From positions 1,184,001 through 1,248,000 of the forward strand of contig OX638351.1 of the NCBI GenBank assembly GCA_951813565.1: a DNA stretch of 64,000 bases. The letters are read 5' to 3'. Shown one piece after another: positions 1 through 9,759 of this stretch; the stretch's first letter is position 1; every line of letters starts with the position of its first letter. The stretch is from an uncultured Poribacteria bacterium (GTDB taxonomy: Bacteria > Poribacteria > WGA-4E > WGA-3G). The position numbers and the translations under genes were made by a program. The notes under the pieces were generated by a model that saw nothing but the letters and a program-made list of their open reading frames with translations, did no database searches and had not been told where the DNA came from.

Positions 1-13
1 ATTCTTCCACAAA

Positions 14-1873
14 TTATCCGAAAATCTGCTGTTGGCACAACTTATGGTAAAGTCCGCCTTTTTCCAATAACTTTGTATGGTTACCGCTTTCTACTATTTC
101 ACCATCGTTAATAACCAAAATATTGTCGGCACGCATTACCGTGGAAAGTCGATGGGCGATAATAAAACTGGTTCTGCCTTCCATGAGATTCGTTAACGAC
201 TTTTGGATAATTGCTTCTGATTGTGTATCAAGGGCTGAAGTGGCTTCATCAAGGATAAGAATTGGTGCATCCTTCAGAATCGCGCGAGCAATAGAAATAC
301 GTTGTTGTTCTCCTCCTGAGAGGTTACCTCCTGCTTCTCCTATTGGAGTATCGTAGCCATTAGGCATTTCAGAAATAAAACCGTGGGCGTTCGCCTTTTC
401 TGCTGCTGCAATGATTGATTCTCTTGTTGCTCCCGGGGAACCGTATCCGATATTTTCTAAAACGGTGCCGTCAAAAAGAAATGTATCTTGTGGAACAAGA
501 GCAATATTTTGCCTTAACGATGGTAAAGTGACTTCATCAACAGAAAAATCGTCAATTAAAATTGTTCCACTATCAACTATATAGAACCGTAGCAGTAGAT
601 TGAGAAGTGTGGTTTTTCCGCTGCCGCTTGGACCGACAAGCGCGATTATCTCTCCCGGCTCTGCTGTAAAACTAACATTTTTAATCACAGGACGTTGTTG
701 ATATGCAAACGAAACGTGTTGAAATTGGACAGTTCCTCTTACGTTGGGAAGTACACCTTTTTCCTCTGATTTAGTACCCGACTCTCTTTCTAAATCAAGT
801 AGTGGAAAAATGCGTTCTGCGGAAGCAAGGCTTTGCTGTAATACATTATTGACGCTACCTATCGTCTTAATCGGTTTGTACATCAGTGCAACCATAAGAA
901 TATAACCTGCGAACCAGCCGATAGTCAGCTTGCCTTCTATGACGTTCCAACACCCAAGTCCCAAAACGGTTGCGGTTCCGATAGCCGCCATCCATTCAAT
1001 AAGTGGTGGGAGGAGTGAAGCAAATCGTGCGCGACGAATTGCGGAGTTGTATTGGCCAGATGTGATCAATTGAAATCTTTTCATCTCAATTTTTTCAGCG
1101 GTAAAACTTTTTATTATGTTGATTCCGGAAAGAGTCTCCTTGAGTTGTGAATAGATGTCCGAACTACGTTGTTGGATTTCCGTGCTTGCTCTACGGACAC
1201 GTGTTCCTATGCGTGAGATGGAATACGCAATCATTGGAAGAACCAACATGGAGAAGATTGTCATTTGGATATTCTGGTAGAACATCACGGCGAGAAAAAA
1301 AGTGACCTTGATAATAGCACGCATTATTGATGCTGTTGCGGCGACAGCTTGCTGCAACATTCGCACATCATCGGTAACGCGTGTCATTACGTCGCCAGTG
1401 TGGTGTTCTGAGAGGGTACCCAGTGGGGCTGAAACAATTTTTTCATATAGGTCATTTCGTATGCGAAAACTCAATTTATTTCCGACACATTCCATTATAA
1501 AATCGCTGCCATAAACAAAAAATCCTTTTACAAAAACCAGACCGAGTAATCCTACTAAAAGCCAAAAAAAGAAGCGGAACGCGTCCGCCGCATCTGTCAA
1601 TGTAATTTCGAAACCTTCAAAGATGTTTTTTATGTTAAAAAACCGGATAGTAACAGGTTCGATAGATTGACTGAAGCCCTCTAATAGTTTTAGCGAATCA
1701 AGCGTATCTGCTAAAATCTGAATTGGCCCATAATCACAAACAGAAACAACTAAAGCACACCCCATCGCCAATATAATAGAGCCTTTGTAGGGAGTGAGAT
1801 AACGTAAAAACCGAAAAAGGTGATTTTTTTGTTGCAAGGTGTCATCACTTTGACCAGAAGGCTCAATCTTCAT
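14..1873 (-). CDS. ABC transporter permease/ATPase, MsbA-like exporter
   Basis: N-terminal TM domain; Walker A GPSGSGKT, signature LSGGEQQR, Walker B ILILDEATS, H-loop IAHRLST. Confidence 0.9.
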   Translation of the reverse strand: MKIEPSGQSDDTLQQKNHLFRFLRYLTPYKGSIILAMGCALVVSVCDYGPIQILADTLDSLKLLEGFSQSIEPVTIRFFNIKNIFEGFEITLTDAADAFRFFFWLLVGLLGLVFVKGFFVYGSDFIMECVGNKLSFRIRNDLYEKIVSAPLGTLSEHHTGDVMTRVTDDVRMLQQAVAATASIMRAIIKVTFFLAVMFYQNIQMTIFSMLVLPMIAYSISRIGTRVRRASTEIQQRSSDIYSQLKETLSGINIIKSFTAEKIEMKRFQLITSGQYNSAIRRARFASLLPPLIEWMAAIGTATVLGLGCWNVIEGKLTIGWFAGYILMVALMYKPIKTIGSVNNVLQQSLASAERIFPLLDLERESGTKSEEKGVLPNVRGTVQFQHVSFAYQQRPVIKNVSFTAEPGEIIALVGPSGSGKTTLLNLLLRFYIVDSGTILIDDFSVDEVTLPSLRQNIALVPQDTFLFDGTVLENIGYGSPGATRESIIAAAEKANAHGFISEMPNGYDTPIGEAGGNLSGGEQQRISIARAILKDAPILILDEATSALDTQSEAIIQKSLTNLMEGRTSFIIAHRLSTVMRADNILVINDGEIVESGNHTKLLEKGGLYHKLCQQQIFG

Positions 1874-1911
1874 ATTTATATTTTGTTCTGAGACAACGAT
1901 AGAAAATAGTA

Positions 1912-3069
1912 TTACTGTTTACCGGTAAACTTATAATCTCCAAACTGAAGCACCTTAATTTTTGCAGCAATTCCGGGTTCACAGCGGATATTAAGGTTTT
2001 GATTTTGGAAGTCCATCTTTTCAATAATTCCGATTGCTAAAGTTTCACCTTCCTCGTTTACCATTCCCACAAGACGTTGTTTAAAGTAAGCAGGTGTTTC
2101 TACTGCGGTAAACGATAAACTCAGATAGTTTTTTAGATTTTTAGTTGCAGATTGAGGCAGGTTTCTTCGCGCAATTAGACTTAAAGTGCGTTGTCTCCAC
2201 TCAGCATATATTATCTCTTCTTCGGTAAGGCGGGTAAGAATTTCAATTTCTTTCTGATTTGCGATTCTGCCGTTGAAAAATGAGGTGCGTGCACCTCTAA
2301 TTTGTTCATACGAAATTGTTTGAAGTTCACTCTCTGAAAAATATGCTTCAAACTTCGCTTTGCGATTGCGCTTACGCGCTTCACTGCTTTTTGTGCGTAC
2401 CAACTTATGTGGGAGTAGATAGTGAATTGTTGGATGATTTAAATCGCTGTAGCACGCAACAATCCTTTCCAAGTCTCTTGAACGCCCAATGCAGACCAAG
2501 TGATGTGGACGAATGAGATCAATTTTTTGCTGCTTTAGCGTTATAGCTGCGCCGTCGTGAACATATCCTGTTGTATCAATTACAGTGAAGTCTGCACCGG
2601 CATTCAATCCAGCGTCTACCATCAATCGGGTTCCAGTTAAAATCGGAAGTAGATTGCGCTGTGGTGATACTGCTCCGACAAAGTAAAGCGCATCTGCTTT
2701 GTGGTATAATTCACTACTTCGGTTTTTCTTTCTGTCCTCAATTTGTTCGGTTTTCGTATCAGAATTTTTCTGATTGGTAGCAGTGCCATTTTCGTGACCA
2801 CCAAAAGGTAAATGCGGTGCAGCACCGTCCGGTCCGGGATCAAAAAGTTTCATACCAATAGTAGTTGGGGGACCGATTTGAGATTGTCCAACATCAGCGT
2901 CAACAAGTGCAACTTTCAACGACGCTGCGCAAGCGTAATCAATCAGATAACGACAGAATGTTGATTTGCCTGCATCTGAAGGACCAAGGACGAGTACACG
3001 TTGGTTCGGCATTACAATGCGGCTTGCAAGCCGTTTCCAATCGAGATTAATTCGGTATTTGTGATTCAT
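1912..3069 (-). CDS. Clp1/Grc3-family polynucleotide 5'-kinase
   Basis: GPSDAGKST P-loop, DADVGQSQIGPP and VIDTTG motifs typical of the Clp1 family. Confidence 0.8.
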   Translation of the reverse strand: MNHKYRINLDWKRLASRIVMPNQRVLVLGPSDAGKSTFCRYLIDYACAASLKVALVDADVGQSQIGPPTTIGMKLFDPGPDGAAPHLPFGGHENGTATNQKNSDTKTEQIEDRKKNRSSELYHKADALYFVGAVSPQRNLLPILTGTRLMVDAGLNAGADFTVIDTTGYVHDGAAITLKQQKIDLIRPHHLVCIGRSRDLERIVACYSDLNHPTIHYLLPHKLVRTKSSEARKRNRKAKFEAYFSESELQTISYEQIRGARTSFFNGRIANQKEIEILTRLTEEEIIYAEWRQRTLSLIARRNLPQSATKNLKNYLSLSFTAVETPAYFKQRLVGMVNEEGETLAIGIIEKMDFQNQNLNIRCEPGIAAKIKVLQFGDYKFTGKQ

Positions 3070-3081
3070 GACAGATAGCCT

Positions 3082-3951
3082 CTAATTTCCAAGGCTAAGT
3101 TCATATCGAAATGTAACACCAGGGAAGTTAAGGATGTCGTCTAATTGAGGATTGTGTTTTATACCGATGAGTTGTTCAAGTAAGGATGATTTTCTTTGTT
3201 TTCGGACGACTTTAGGAGTGCCTTCAATGTTACCGAGCTCCCCAGCAATTTGGATAGCATCTTGCAGGTTACCTAATTTATCAACTAATTTGTGTGTGAG
3301 TGCTTGTTTTCCAGAAAAGATTCGCCCATCAGCGAGTTGAACGATTTCGTCTCGAGTTAGGTGTTCTTCACGTGATTTAAAGATTGCATCTACAAATTGA
3401 TTGTAAACATCGTCAACAGTTCCTTGCAGAACGTCTTTTTCCTCTTCGGTGAGATCGCGGAAAATTGATCCTGTGTCCTTGAATTGACCGCTTTTAATGA
3501 CTTGTTGCTCTAACCCGATTTTTTCGTATAAACCCTTCATCTTAGTGAACTGCATGATTACACCGATACTGCCGGTCAAAGTTCCTGGGTTGGCGACAAT
3601 AGTATCTGCTGCAGATGCAATATAATAACCACCAGAAGCGGCTGTTCCGCCCATTGATGCAACTATAGGTTTGTCCAACTTTGTTAATTCACGATGAATC
3701 TCTTGAACAGGAGCTACGCTCCCACCCGGTGTATTTATGCGGAGTACGAGTGCCTTCACGTTTGGATCATCTCGATAGGCGTGGATCAGTTTTATGGGAG
3801 CATCTGATTTGGATATGATGCCAGAAATATCAAGCACAGCGACTTTTTGACCGATGGGTGATGTCCCGACCATCATAATACGGACAATGACAGATAATAA
3901 AAAAAGAACAACAATAGCGAATATGATTATCAAGACACGTTTCTGTTTCAT
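3082..3951 (-). CDS. sppA: Signal peptide peptidase SppA (36K type)
   Basis: N-terminal TM; RINTPGGS, AASGGYYIA, TGSIGV and KSGQFKD motifs. Confidence 0.92.
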   Translation of the reverse strand: MKQKRVLIIIFAIVVLFLLSVIVRIMMVGTSPIGQKVAVLDISGIISKSDAPIKLIHAYRDDPNVKALVLRINTPGGSVAPVQEIHRELTKLDKPIVASMGGTAASGGYYIASAADTIVANPGTLTGSIGVIMQFTKMKGLYEKIGLEQQVIKSGQFKDTGSIFRDLTEEEKDVLQGTVDDVYNQFVDAIFKSREEHLTRDEIVQLADGRIFSGKQALTHKLVDKLGNLQDAIQIAGELGNIEGTPKVVRKQRKSSLLEQLIGIKHNPQLDDILNFPGVTFRYELSLGN

Positions 3952-3995
3952 TTTTGTGTAGTTTGACGGTTGTGATATACATCCAAAAAGTAGTT

Positions 3996-4736
3996 CTAAA
4001 TGTTGGGTAGGTTGCCCGATTCATTGATATGTTTCTTTTTCTTAAGCGGAAAAACAACTACCCAAACGGTTTTGAGCAGCCAACCTATATCGGAAATGAA
4101 GCCCTGCGTTGCCACGTAGCGAAGGTCAAGTTCTAACTTTTTCGGCATTAATTCTGTAATGTAATAATGTTCTGGATCGGTCTGTGCAGCTAATTTTTTT
4201 TCTTCATTTCGGTTAGCAATTTGAGAAGGTCCGGTAATACCGGGTTTCACAAGCAGTACTTGCCTTTGTGTTTCAGTATAATATTTGACGTAATTCGGAG
4301 CTTCAGGACGAGGTCCAATTAGACTCATCTCTCCCTTGATAACATTGATTAGGTTCGGCAGTTCGTCTAATTTTGTTACCCGTAAAAAACGACCAATCGG
4401 TGTTACACGTGAATCCCTATGCATTGTAAGACCGATTCCAATTTTATCAGCATTGATAACCATTGTTCTAAATTTATACATTTCAAAAATCGTTTTACCT
4501 TTACCTACGCGCTTCGCTTTATAAAACACAGGGCCGGTGGATTGAACTTTGGCAAGTAGGCATCCAAGTAAGAATAAGGGAGAAAAAAGCAATAAGGTAG
4601 TGACTGTGAAGAGAATGTCAAAACAACGTTTCGCCCAATTTGAACGAATACGTAGACCTTCACGGACAGATGAACTATCCATGGTCAAGGCTGTGTTTGC
4701 ATTTTGAGAAGGTTTATCAGGCGATGGATTTTGCAT
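3996..4736 (-). CDS. Bacterial sugar transferase (phosphoglycosyl transferase)
   Basis: KRCFDI, YKFRTM, KLDELP, GEMSLIGPRP and KPGITG motifs. Confidence 0.92.
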   Translation of the reverse strand: MQNPSPDKPSQNANTALTMDSSSVREGLRIRSNWAKRCFDILFTVTTLLLFSPLFLLGCLLAKVQSTGPVFYKAKRVGKGKTIFEMYKFRTMVINADKIGIGLTMHRDSRVTPIGRFLRVTKLDELPNLINVIKGEMSLIGPRPEAPNYVKYYTETQRQVLLVKPGITGPSQIANRNEEKKLAAQTDPEHYYITELMPKKLELDLRYVATQGFISDIGWLLKTVWVVVFPLKKKKHINESGNLPNI

Positions 4737-4829
4737 TTTACAGTAGATTTACGATTAACGAATCAACGTTGAACAGCGGGTTTTGAAAGCGTGTCAACAG
4801 GCCAAAATTCACCTTAATATTTTTATTGG

Positions 4830-6806
4830 CTATACACTCCTATCTGTTGTTTTAGGTTCGGATGTTTCAGCGTCTTTGGGAGAATTGATAAGATGGCTTC
4901 TGATATCGGATTGATTATCTCTATTCCTATTTGTTATGAATGCGCGATTTGGTTCATAAGTAGGTACTAATTCTTGGAATTTTGCTATAATTCCATCTGT
5001 ATCAAGCGCATCAGCCAATTCGGAAAGTTCCTCAATTTGAAATAGTAGTTGTTCTTCCGCAATGTTTTCCATTTGCGCGACGAAGATACGTTGATGTTTG
5101 GTTGCTGTGACACCTTCTTGGGGTGTAAGAAGTTCTTCATAGAGTTTTTCCCCTGGTTCCAAGCCAGTAAAGTCAATCTTAATGTCCTTGTCAAGTTCTA
5201 AGCCAGAAAGTCTAATCAGGTCACGAGCAAGGTCAAGTATTTTGATAGGTTCTCCCATATCCAACATCAAAATTTCGCCACCATTTCCCATAGCCCCTGC
5301 TTGAATTAAGAGTTGGACTGCTTCAGGAATCGTCATGAAATAACGAGTTGCTTCACGATGTGTAACAGTGACAGGACCCCCTTTTGCAATTTGTCGTATG
5401 AAATTTGGTAAAACGCTTGCACGGCTACCGATGACATTGCCGAATCGTACTGCAATAAATTTCGTTCCATTTCGATTCGCTTTACATTGGATGAGTTTTT
5501 CTGTTACCCGTTTAGAAGCACCGTAGACACTCGTTGGATTGACTGATTTGTCCGAAGACACGAGGATAAATGCTTCAACTTGATGTTTTATCGCAGCATC
5601 AATTAGATTTTGGGTGCCAAGTATGTTATTCTTTACCGCCTCATCCGGATGAATCTCCATGAATTTGACATGTTTATGCGCAGCGGCATGGAAAATGATA
5701 TGCGGACGGTACCGTTTTGTAATCTGAAAAACTTTGGAATTATCTCGAATATCACCAATAATTAATTCACGATTAAGTTGTGGGTCAGATTCACGTAGTT
5801 CCATATCAATATGATACAAACTATTTTCGCCTCTTCCGAAGAGAATTAGCAACTCAGGATCAAGTTTTGCTACTTGTCTACAGAGTTCAGAACCGATAGA
5901 ACCTCCCGCACCTGTTACCATGACCCGTTTTCCAGAAAGATATTTTGAGATTTCCGCTAAATCAACTGGCGTAGTAGGACGGTTAAGCAGGTCTTCAAAT
6001 TTTACTTCACGGATGTGATTGATACTAACCCGCCCTTCAAGTATAGCGTATATATTTGGGACGATCTTGAATTGACATTTTCGGTATTCACACTGTCGGA
6101 TTATATCCCGAATTTTTCCGCCTGGTGCTGATGGCATTGCGATGATAACTTCATCAATTTCACGCTTACGGGCAATGTAGGTAAGGTCACGCGTAGTGCC
6201 TAATACTTCAAGCCCAGCAATACTTTTACCGACTTTTCGTAAATTATCATCAATGAATCCAAGAGGTATATATCCTTTTTCAGGATGGTTCCGTAATTCT
6301 CTTAAGACTCCAATTCCAGCGATTCCCGCGCCAACAATTAGGATTTTAGTTCGTGGTGATGCGACGTCTTTTTGCCTACCTTCTTGAAAAATACGGTAGG
6401 AAAATTTTGCGAAACCGATTAAGGACGCGTTAAATAATCCATCAATTAAAAAGAAAATCCAAGTATCAATCTGCTTCAGAAATACCGATAGACAGATAAG
6501 GACAAAACTTGAGATTCCAATAGCAGTTATTAAGGTGCGAAATTCTTTTACACCTGCATATTGCCAAATAGGCTTATAAATTCGGAAGCATAAGAAGGTA
6601 ATGATTCGTACTGATGTTACAACGGCAGCAATACAAAATAAGAGTTGAGAAGACGAAATCTCAGAAAGAATTGATATTTGCTGGAACTCTGTTAATATAT
6701 TAAATTTGAGTTGTCTGCAAATAAAATAGGTTAATAGGAATGCAAAATTAACAAGCAATATGTCAATAACAATTGAAGAACTCCATTTTATTTTGGATTT
6801 TTCCAT
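4830..6806 (-). CDS. Polysaccharide biosynthesis NDP-sugar 4,6-dehydratase (CapD/PglF-like)
   Basis: N-terminal TMs; VTGAGGSIGSELCRQ, HAAAHKHV, YGASK and VRFGNV motifs. Confidence 0.92.
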   Translation of the reverse strand: MEKSKIKWSSSIVIDILLVNFAFLLTYFICRQLKFNILTEFQQISILSEISSSQLLFCIAAVVTSVRIITFLCFRIYKPIWQYAGVKEFRTLITAIGISSFVLICLSVFLKQIDTWIFFLIDGLFNASLIGFAKFSYRIFQEGRQKDVASPRTKILIVGAGIAGIGVLRELRNHPEKGYIPLGFIDDNLRKVGKSIAGLEVLGTTRDLTYIARKREIDEVIIAMPSAPGGKIRDIIRQCEYRKCQFKIVPNIYAILEGRVSINHIREVKFEDLLNRPTTPVDLAEISKYLSGKRVMVTGAGGSIGSELCRQVAKLDPELLILFGRGENSLYHIDMELRESDPQLNRELIIGDIRDNSKVFQITKRYRPHIIFHAAAHKHVKFMEIHPDEAVKNNILGTQNLIDAAIKHQVEAFILVSSDKSVNPTSVYGASKRVTEKLIQCKANRNGTKFIAVRFGNVIGSRASVLPNFIRQIAKGGPVTVTHREATRYFMTIPEAVQLLIQAGAMGNGGEILMLDMGEPIKILDLARDLIRLSGLELDKDIKIDFTGLEPGEKLYEELLTPQEGVTATKHQRIFVAQMENIAEEQLLFQIEELSELADALDTDGIIAKFQELVPTYEPNRAFITNRNRDNQSDIRSHLINSPKDAETSEPKTTDRSV

Positions 6807-6835
6807 ATTACCTCCTCTAATTGGGTGATTTTAAT

Positions 6836-6941
6836 TATGGTGGATCTTAGAATTAATGAGGCACTTTGCACCAGCACGGTTAGGAAACCGTGCCTGCCGC
6901 GGGAGGGCGAAAGGGTGTACTTATTTCTAAGATTTACTATA
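6836..6941. mobile_element. MITE-like element with ~21-bp imperfect terminal inverted repeats
   Basis: Left TATGGTGGATCTTAGAATTAA vs reverse complement of right end TATAGTAAATCTTAGAAATAA (17/21); related ends at 42304-42437, 52656-52839 and 59596-59739. Confidence 0.6.
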
Positions 6942-7134
6942 ATCAACGTATAAATTTATATGTATAATACCTTTAGCGAATACATTGTATGAGAAACTCA
7001 CTTTGACCTGTGAATCAACGCTACGATTCGAGATAGGGATTTCATTGTGTATTCCCTCGCGTATAGTAAATCATATTTGCACTCTGTTGTCAATAAAAAT
7101 GCGGTGTCTGTTTTCGCGTCTATAACAACGCCCT

Positions 7135-7351
7135 TTCCCAAAAGGTAATTTCGGTAAATTATCATTAAAATAATCCTGAAGCTCATAAATCTGCCCCGCG
7201 TCTTGCATTAGATCTGAATCCAAGCACGTGGGTAATAACCCAATCTTCAAAACCATGTGGGTCGGTGGCGATGAGGTCGATGTAGGGCGTCTGGGAAGTT
7301 TCGCATCTCGGTGAGGTTATCGTCGCGGATAAGGGTTCGGTTTTCGTGCAT
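7135..7351 (-). pseudogene. Deleted, frameshifted remnant of a DNA methyltransferase / restriction-domain fusion gene
   Basis: Reads MHENRTLIRDDNLTEMRNFPDA, frameshift, YIDLIATDP (MTase N-terminus up to DPP), joined directly to HGFEDWVITHVLGFRSNARRGAD and then YELQDYFNDNLPKLP in another frame. Confidence 0.5.
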
Positions 7352-7380
7352 GGGGAACTGTTCTCGTAATCAAGTTTTTA

Positions 7381-7674
7381 CTAATCTTTAACCGAAATAA
7401 CTGTTTGAATTTTAAGCCATGAATCCCATTCATACATTTGGGCTCCGGCTAAAACAAGTTCTTTAATGTCTGTTTCAAGTTTATTGATAAGTTCTTCGGG
7501 GGCACGCCGATCATGCTTGATGTTTATTATGATACTTTTTCCATCTTTCGCTGCTAAACAATATGCATGGAATTTTTCATCGTTCACGCGTGGTAAAACA
7601 GAGTTTACCATAACAGCTAACCATTCCAAACGGGTTGGATTATATTCCTTTGCTCCTAATTCTTTCTTTGCCAT
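7381..7674 (-). CDS. Hypothetical protein (97 aa)
   Basis: ORF with GGAG-type RBS, directly downstream of 7687-8187. Confidence 0.6.
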   Translation of the reverse strand: MAKKELGAKEYNPTRLEWLAVMVNSVLPRVNDEKFHAYCLAAKDGKSIIINIKHDRRAPEELINKLETDIKELVLAGAQMYEWDSWLKIQTVISVKD

Positions 7675-7686
7675 CGTTTCTCTCCA

Positions 7687-8187
7687 CTACTTGACGAATA
7701 AGGTGATTAGGGTTACAACTACACCGATAACAGCAACACCAGCAGTGATAAAGATCCCAATAAACCACTTCAAACTCGATTGCTGCTCTTTCATGTCACT
7801 CTTAAGGTCGCTTCTAACGTTCTGGATTTCACTCTTGAGGTCGCTTCTAACGTTCTGGATTTCACTCTTGAGGTCGCTTCTAACGTTCTGGATTTCACTC
7901 TTGAGGTCGCTTTCTACTTTTTGGATGTCGTTTGTTAGATCATCTTTGACCTCCCTGATGTAATCTGTTAGATCGTCCTTAACCACATTTATGTAGTCTG
8001 TTAGATCGTCCTTAACCACATTGATGTCGTGCTTTACATCCTTGATCTGATTAGTTAAACGCCATTCAACAGGATCAACCTCTTTATCAACTTCCGTCAC
8101 TTGCGTATTGAATCCCTTCAGATCTGTTTGAATTATACTAATTTTTTCTTTGTAGTTTTCTGTGTTTTGATCTATAGATTCTGACAT
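7687..8187 (-). CDS. Coiled-coil 11-aa-repeat protein with C-terminal TM anchor (DUF1640/Bdr-like)
   Basis: Repeats KSEIQNVRSDL and INVVKDDLTDY; hydrophobic C-terminus; AGGAG RBS. Confidence 0.7.
   Translation of the reverse strand: MSESIDQNTENYKEKISIIQTDLKGFNTQVTEVDKEVDPVEWRLTNQIKDVKHDINVVKDDLTDYINVVKDDLTDYIREVKDDLTNDIQKVESDLKSEIQNVRSDLKSEIQNVRSDLKSEIQNVRSDLKSDMKEQQSSLKWFIGIFITAGVAVIGVVVTLITLFVK
7796..8030. repeat. 33-bp coding tandem repeats (two subtypes)
   Basis: TCACTCTTGAGGTCGCTTCTAACGTTCTGGATT about 4 times, then TCTGTTAGATCGTCCTTAACCACATT-type units. Confidence 0.85.
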
Positions 8188-8237
8188 AACACGCTCCTGC
8201 TACAAATTCCGCTCAATCTCAAAATCAGTTCCGCAAG

Positions 8238-9461
8238 TTAGATTTGGGCGTAAACTTGCTCTAAACGTTCAACGAGTACAGGCCAATCATAGCTTGCTTC
8301 AACTCGCTTTCTGCCTGCGTCAGCAAGGTTTTGCCGAATATCGGGGTTTTCAATTAAGTGAATGACACGTTCAGCAAAAATTTCAGGAGTATCGGCGATA
8401 AGAAGTTCTTTGTCAATTTCCGCCTCCATCCCCATAGCACCAATTGAAGTCGTAACAATGGGGGCCCCCATTGCCATTGCCTCTAAGTTTTTTGTTTGAA
8501 TCCCCGAACCAGCACGTAGCGGGGCAACAAAGATGGATGCCTTGTCAAAATAGGGACGAACATCAGGAACATAGCCTGTAACAACGACCCCTTTCCGTGC
8601 AGCAAGCCTGCGCACCTGCTCAGTCGGATGGTTACCAACAATAAAAAAAGTAGTATCTGGGTGCCGTTTCTGTATCAATGGAAAAATACTATTGCAGAAG
8701 TAGATGACTGCATCTGCATTCGGAAAATAGTTCATAGTTCCAGTAAACAGCAAGTTTATTGCTTGATCCTCTGCGACAGTAGGTGTCAATTGGTCTATAT
8801 CAACACTTTTTTTCCCGTTGACTTGATGCGGATGGAAATATTTGAGATCAACTCCCATAGGAACAACGGATAAATTTAGCGTCTCATCCTGATTCAGCAA
8901 GTAATCACGATCAAAGTTTGCGACAACGGTGCCACGGTCAAAAGCTTTCATAATATCAATTTCATAACGGCGGACCCGTTTTTCTTCCAATTTTACCAAA
9001 AAACGTTTTGGGGTGCGATCTAAATCTGCACGACGTCTCAAGTTTAATGCTAATGAATCACACAAATCCAAAACTTTTGCAGTTCCTTTAGTATGTGCTA
9101 CATATTGTCCCATCCGAAAAAGTTGTGCGTGAATTAGTTCAAAATTTTCCGCTGCCAGAAGTTGGTTAATTTTACGTTGCATTTGTGGTGAATACCAATA
9201 GTGTACTTGCAAAGGCAGCCGTGAAAGGCAGTGTATTGCGGTATTCATTGATGCGAACGCGGGACGAAACCGAACCCATTCCACCCGCTCACAGAAAGTG
9301 CTTAGATGTTCTACTCCTTCAATGTCAGTGTCTGACTCGGCAAAGAAAACGAGGGTGACATCGTGCCGTTTGGATAGTTGTTTGATAAAATGGTATGATC
9401 GAATGCGGTCACCTCGCTGTGGTGGATAAGGGGATCGCAAACTCAAAAATAAGATTCGCAT
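8238..9461 (-). CDS. Glycosyltransferase family 4 (TIGR03087-like)
   Basis: PYPPQRGDRIR N-terminus; GSGIQTKNLEAMAMG motif. Confidence 0.88.
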   Translation of the reverse strand: MRILFLSLRSPYPPQRGDRIRSYHFIKQLSKRHDVTLVFFAESDTDIEGVEHLSTFCERVEWVRFRPAFASMNTAIHCLSRLPLQVHYWYSPQMQRKINQLLAAENFELIHAQLFRMGQYVAHTKGTAKVLDLCDSLALNLRRRADLDRTPKRFLVKLEEKRVRRYEIDIMKAFDRGTVVANFDRDYLLNQDETLNLSVVPMGVDLKYFHPHQVNGKKSVDIDQLTPTVAEDQAINLLFTGTMNYFPNADAVIYFCNSIFPLIQKRHPDTTFFIVGNHPTEQVRRLAARKGVVVTGYVPDVRPYFDKASIFVAPLRAGSGIQTKNLEAMAMGAPIVTTSIGAMGMEAEIDKELLIADTPEIFAERVIHLIENPDIRQNLADAGRKRVEASYDWPVLVERLEQVYAQI

Positions 9462-9501
9462 TTCGTATAACGACTCATATCAAGCGTCGGTTTTGCCAAT
9501 T

Positions 9502-9696
9502 TTATGTAGAAGGCGATTCTGCTTCATCAATCAACATGACCGGAATTCCATCGCGAATCGGATAACGCCTTTTACATTCACCTTGACATACTAATTTTTG
9601 CTCTTTTTCTACGTGTTCTATTTTACCTTTACATGCAGGACACGCCAGAATATCAAGTAAGGTTTGCGATAATGTATAGGGTTTTTCAGTATTCAA
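9502..9696 (-). CDS. Trm112/YcaR family protein
   Basis: LLDILACPACK...C...C.RRYPIRDGIPVMLIDEA. Confidence 0.88.
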   Translation of the reverse strand: MNTEKPYTLSQTLLDILACPACKGKIEHVEKEQKLVCQGECKRRYPIRDGIPVMLIDEAESPST

Positions 9697-9759
9697 AACA
9701 GTTCTCCAAAAAAGTTAACGGATTGAGTAGAGATCGTGTGTAATAGATATTTAATACCC

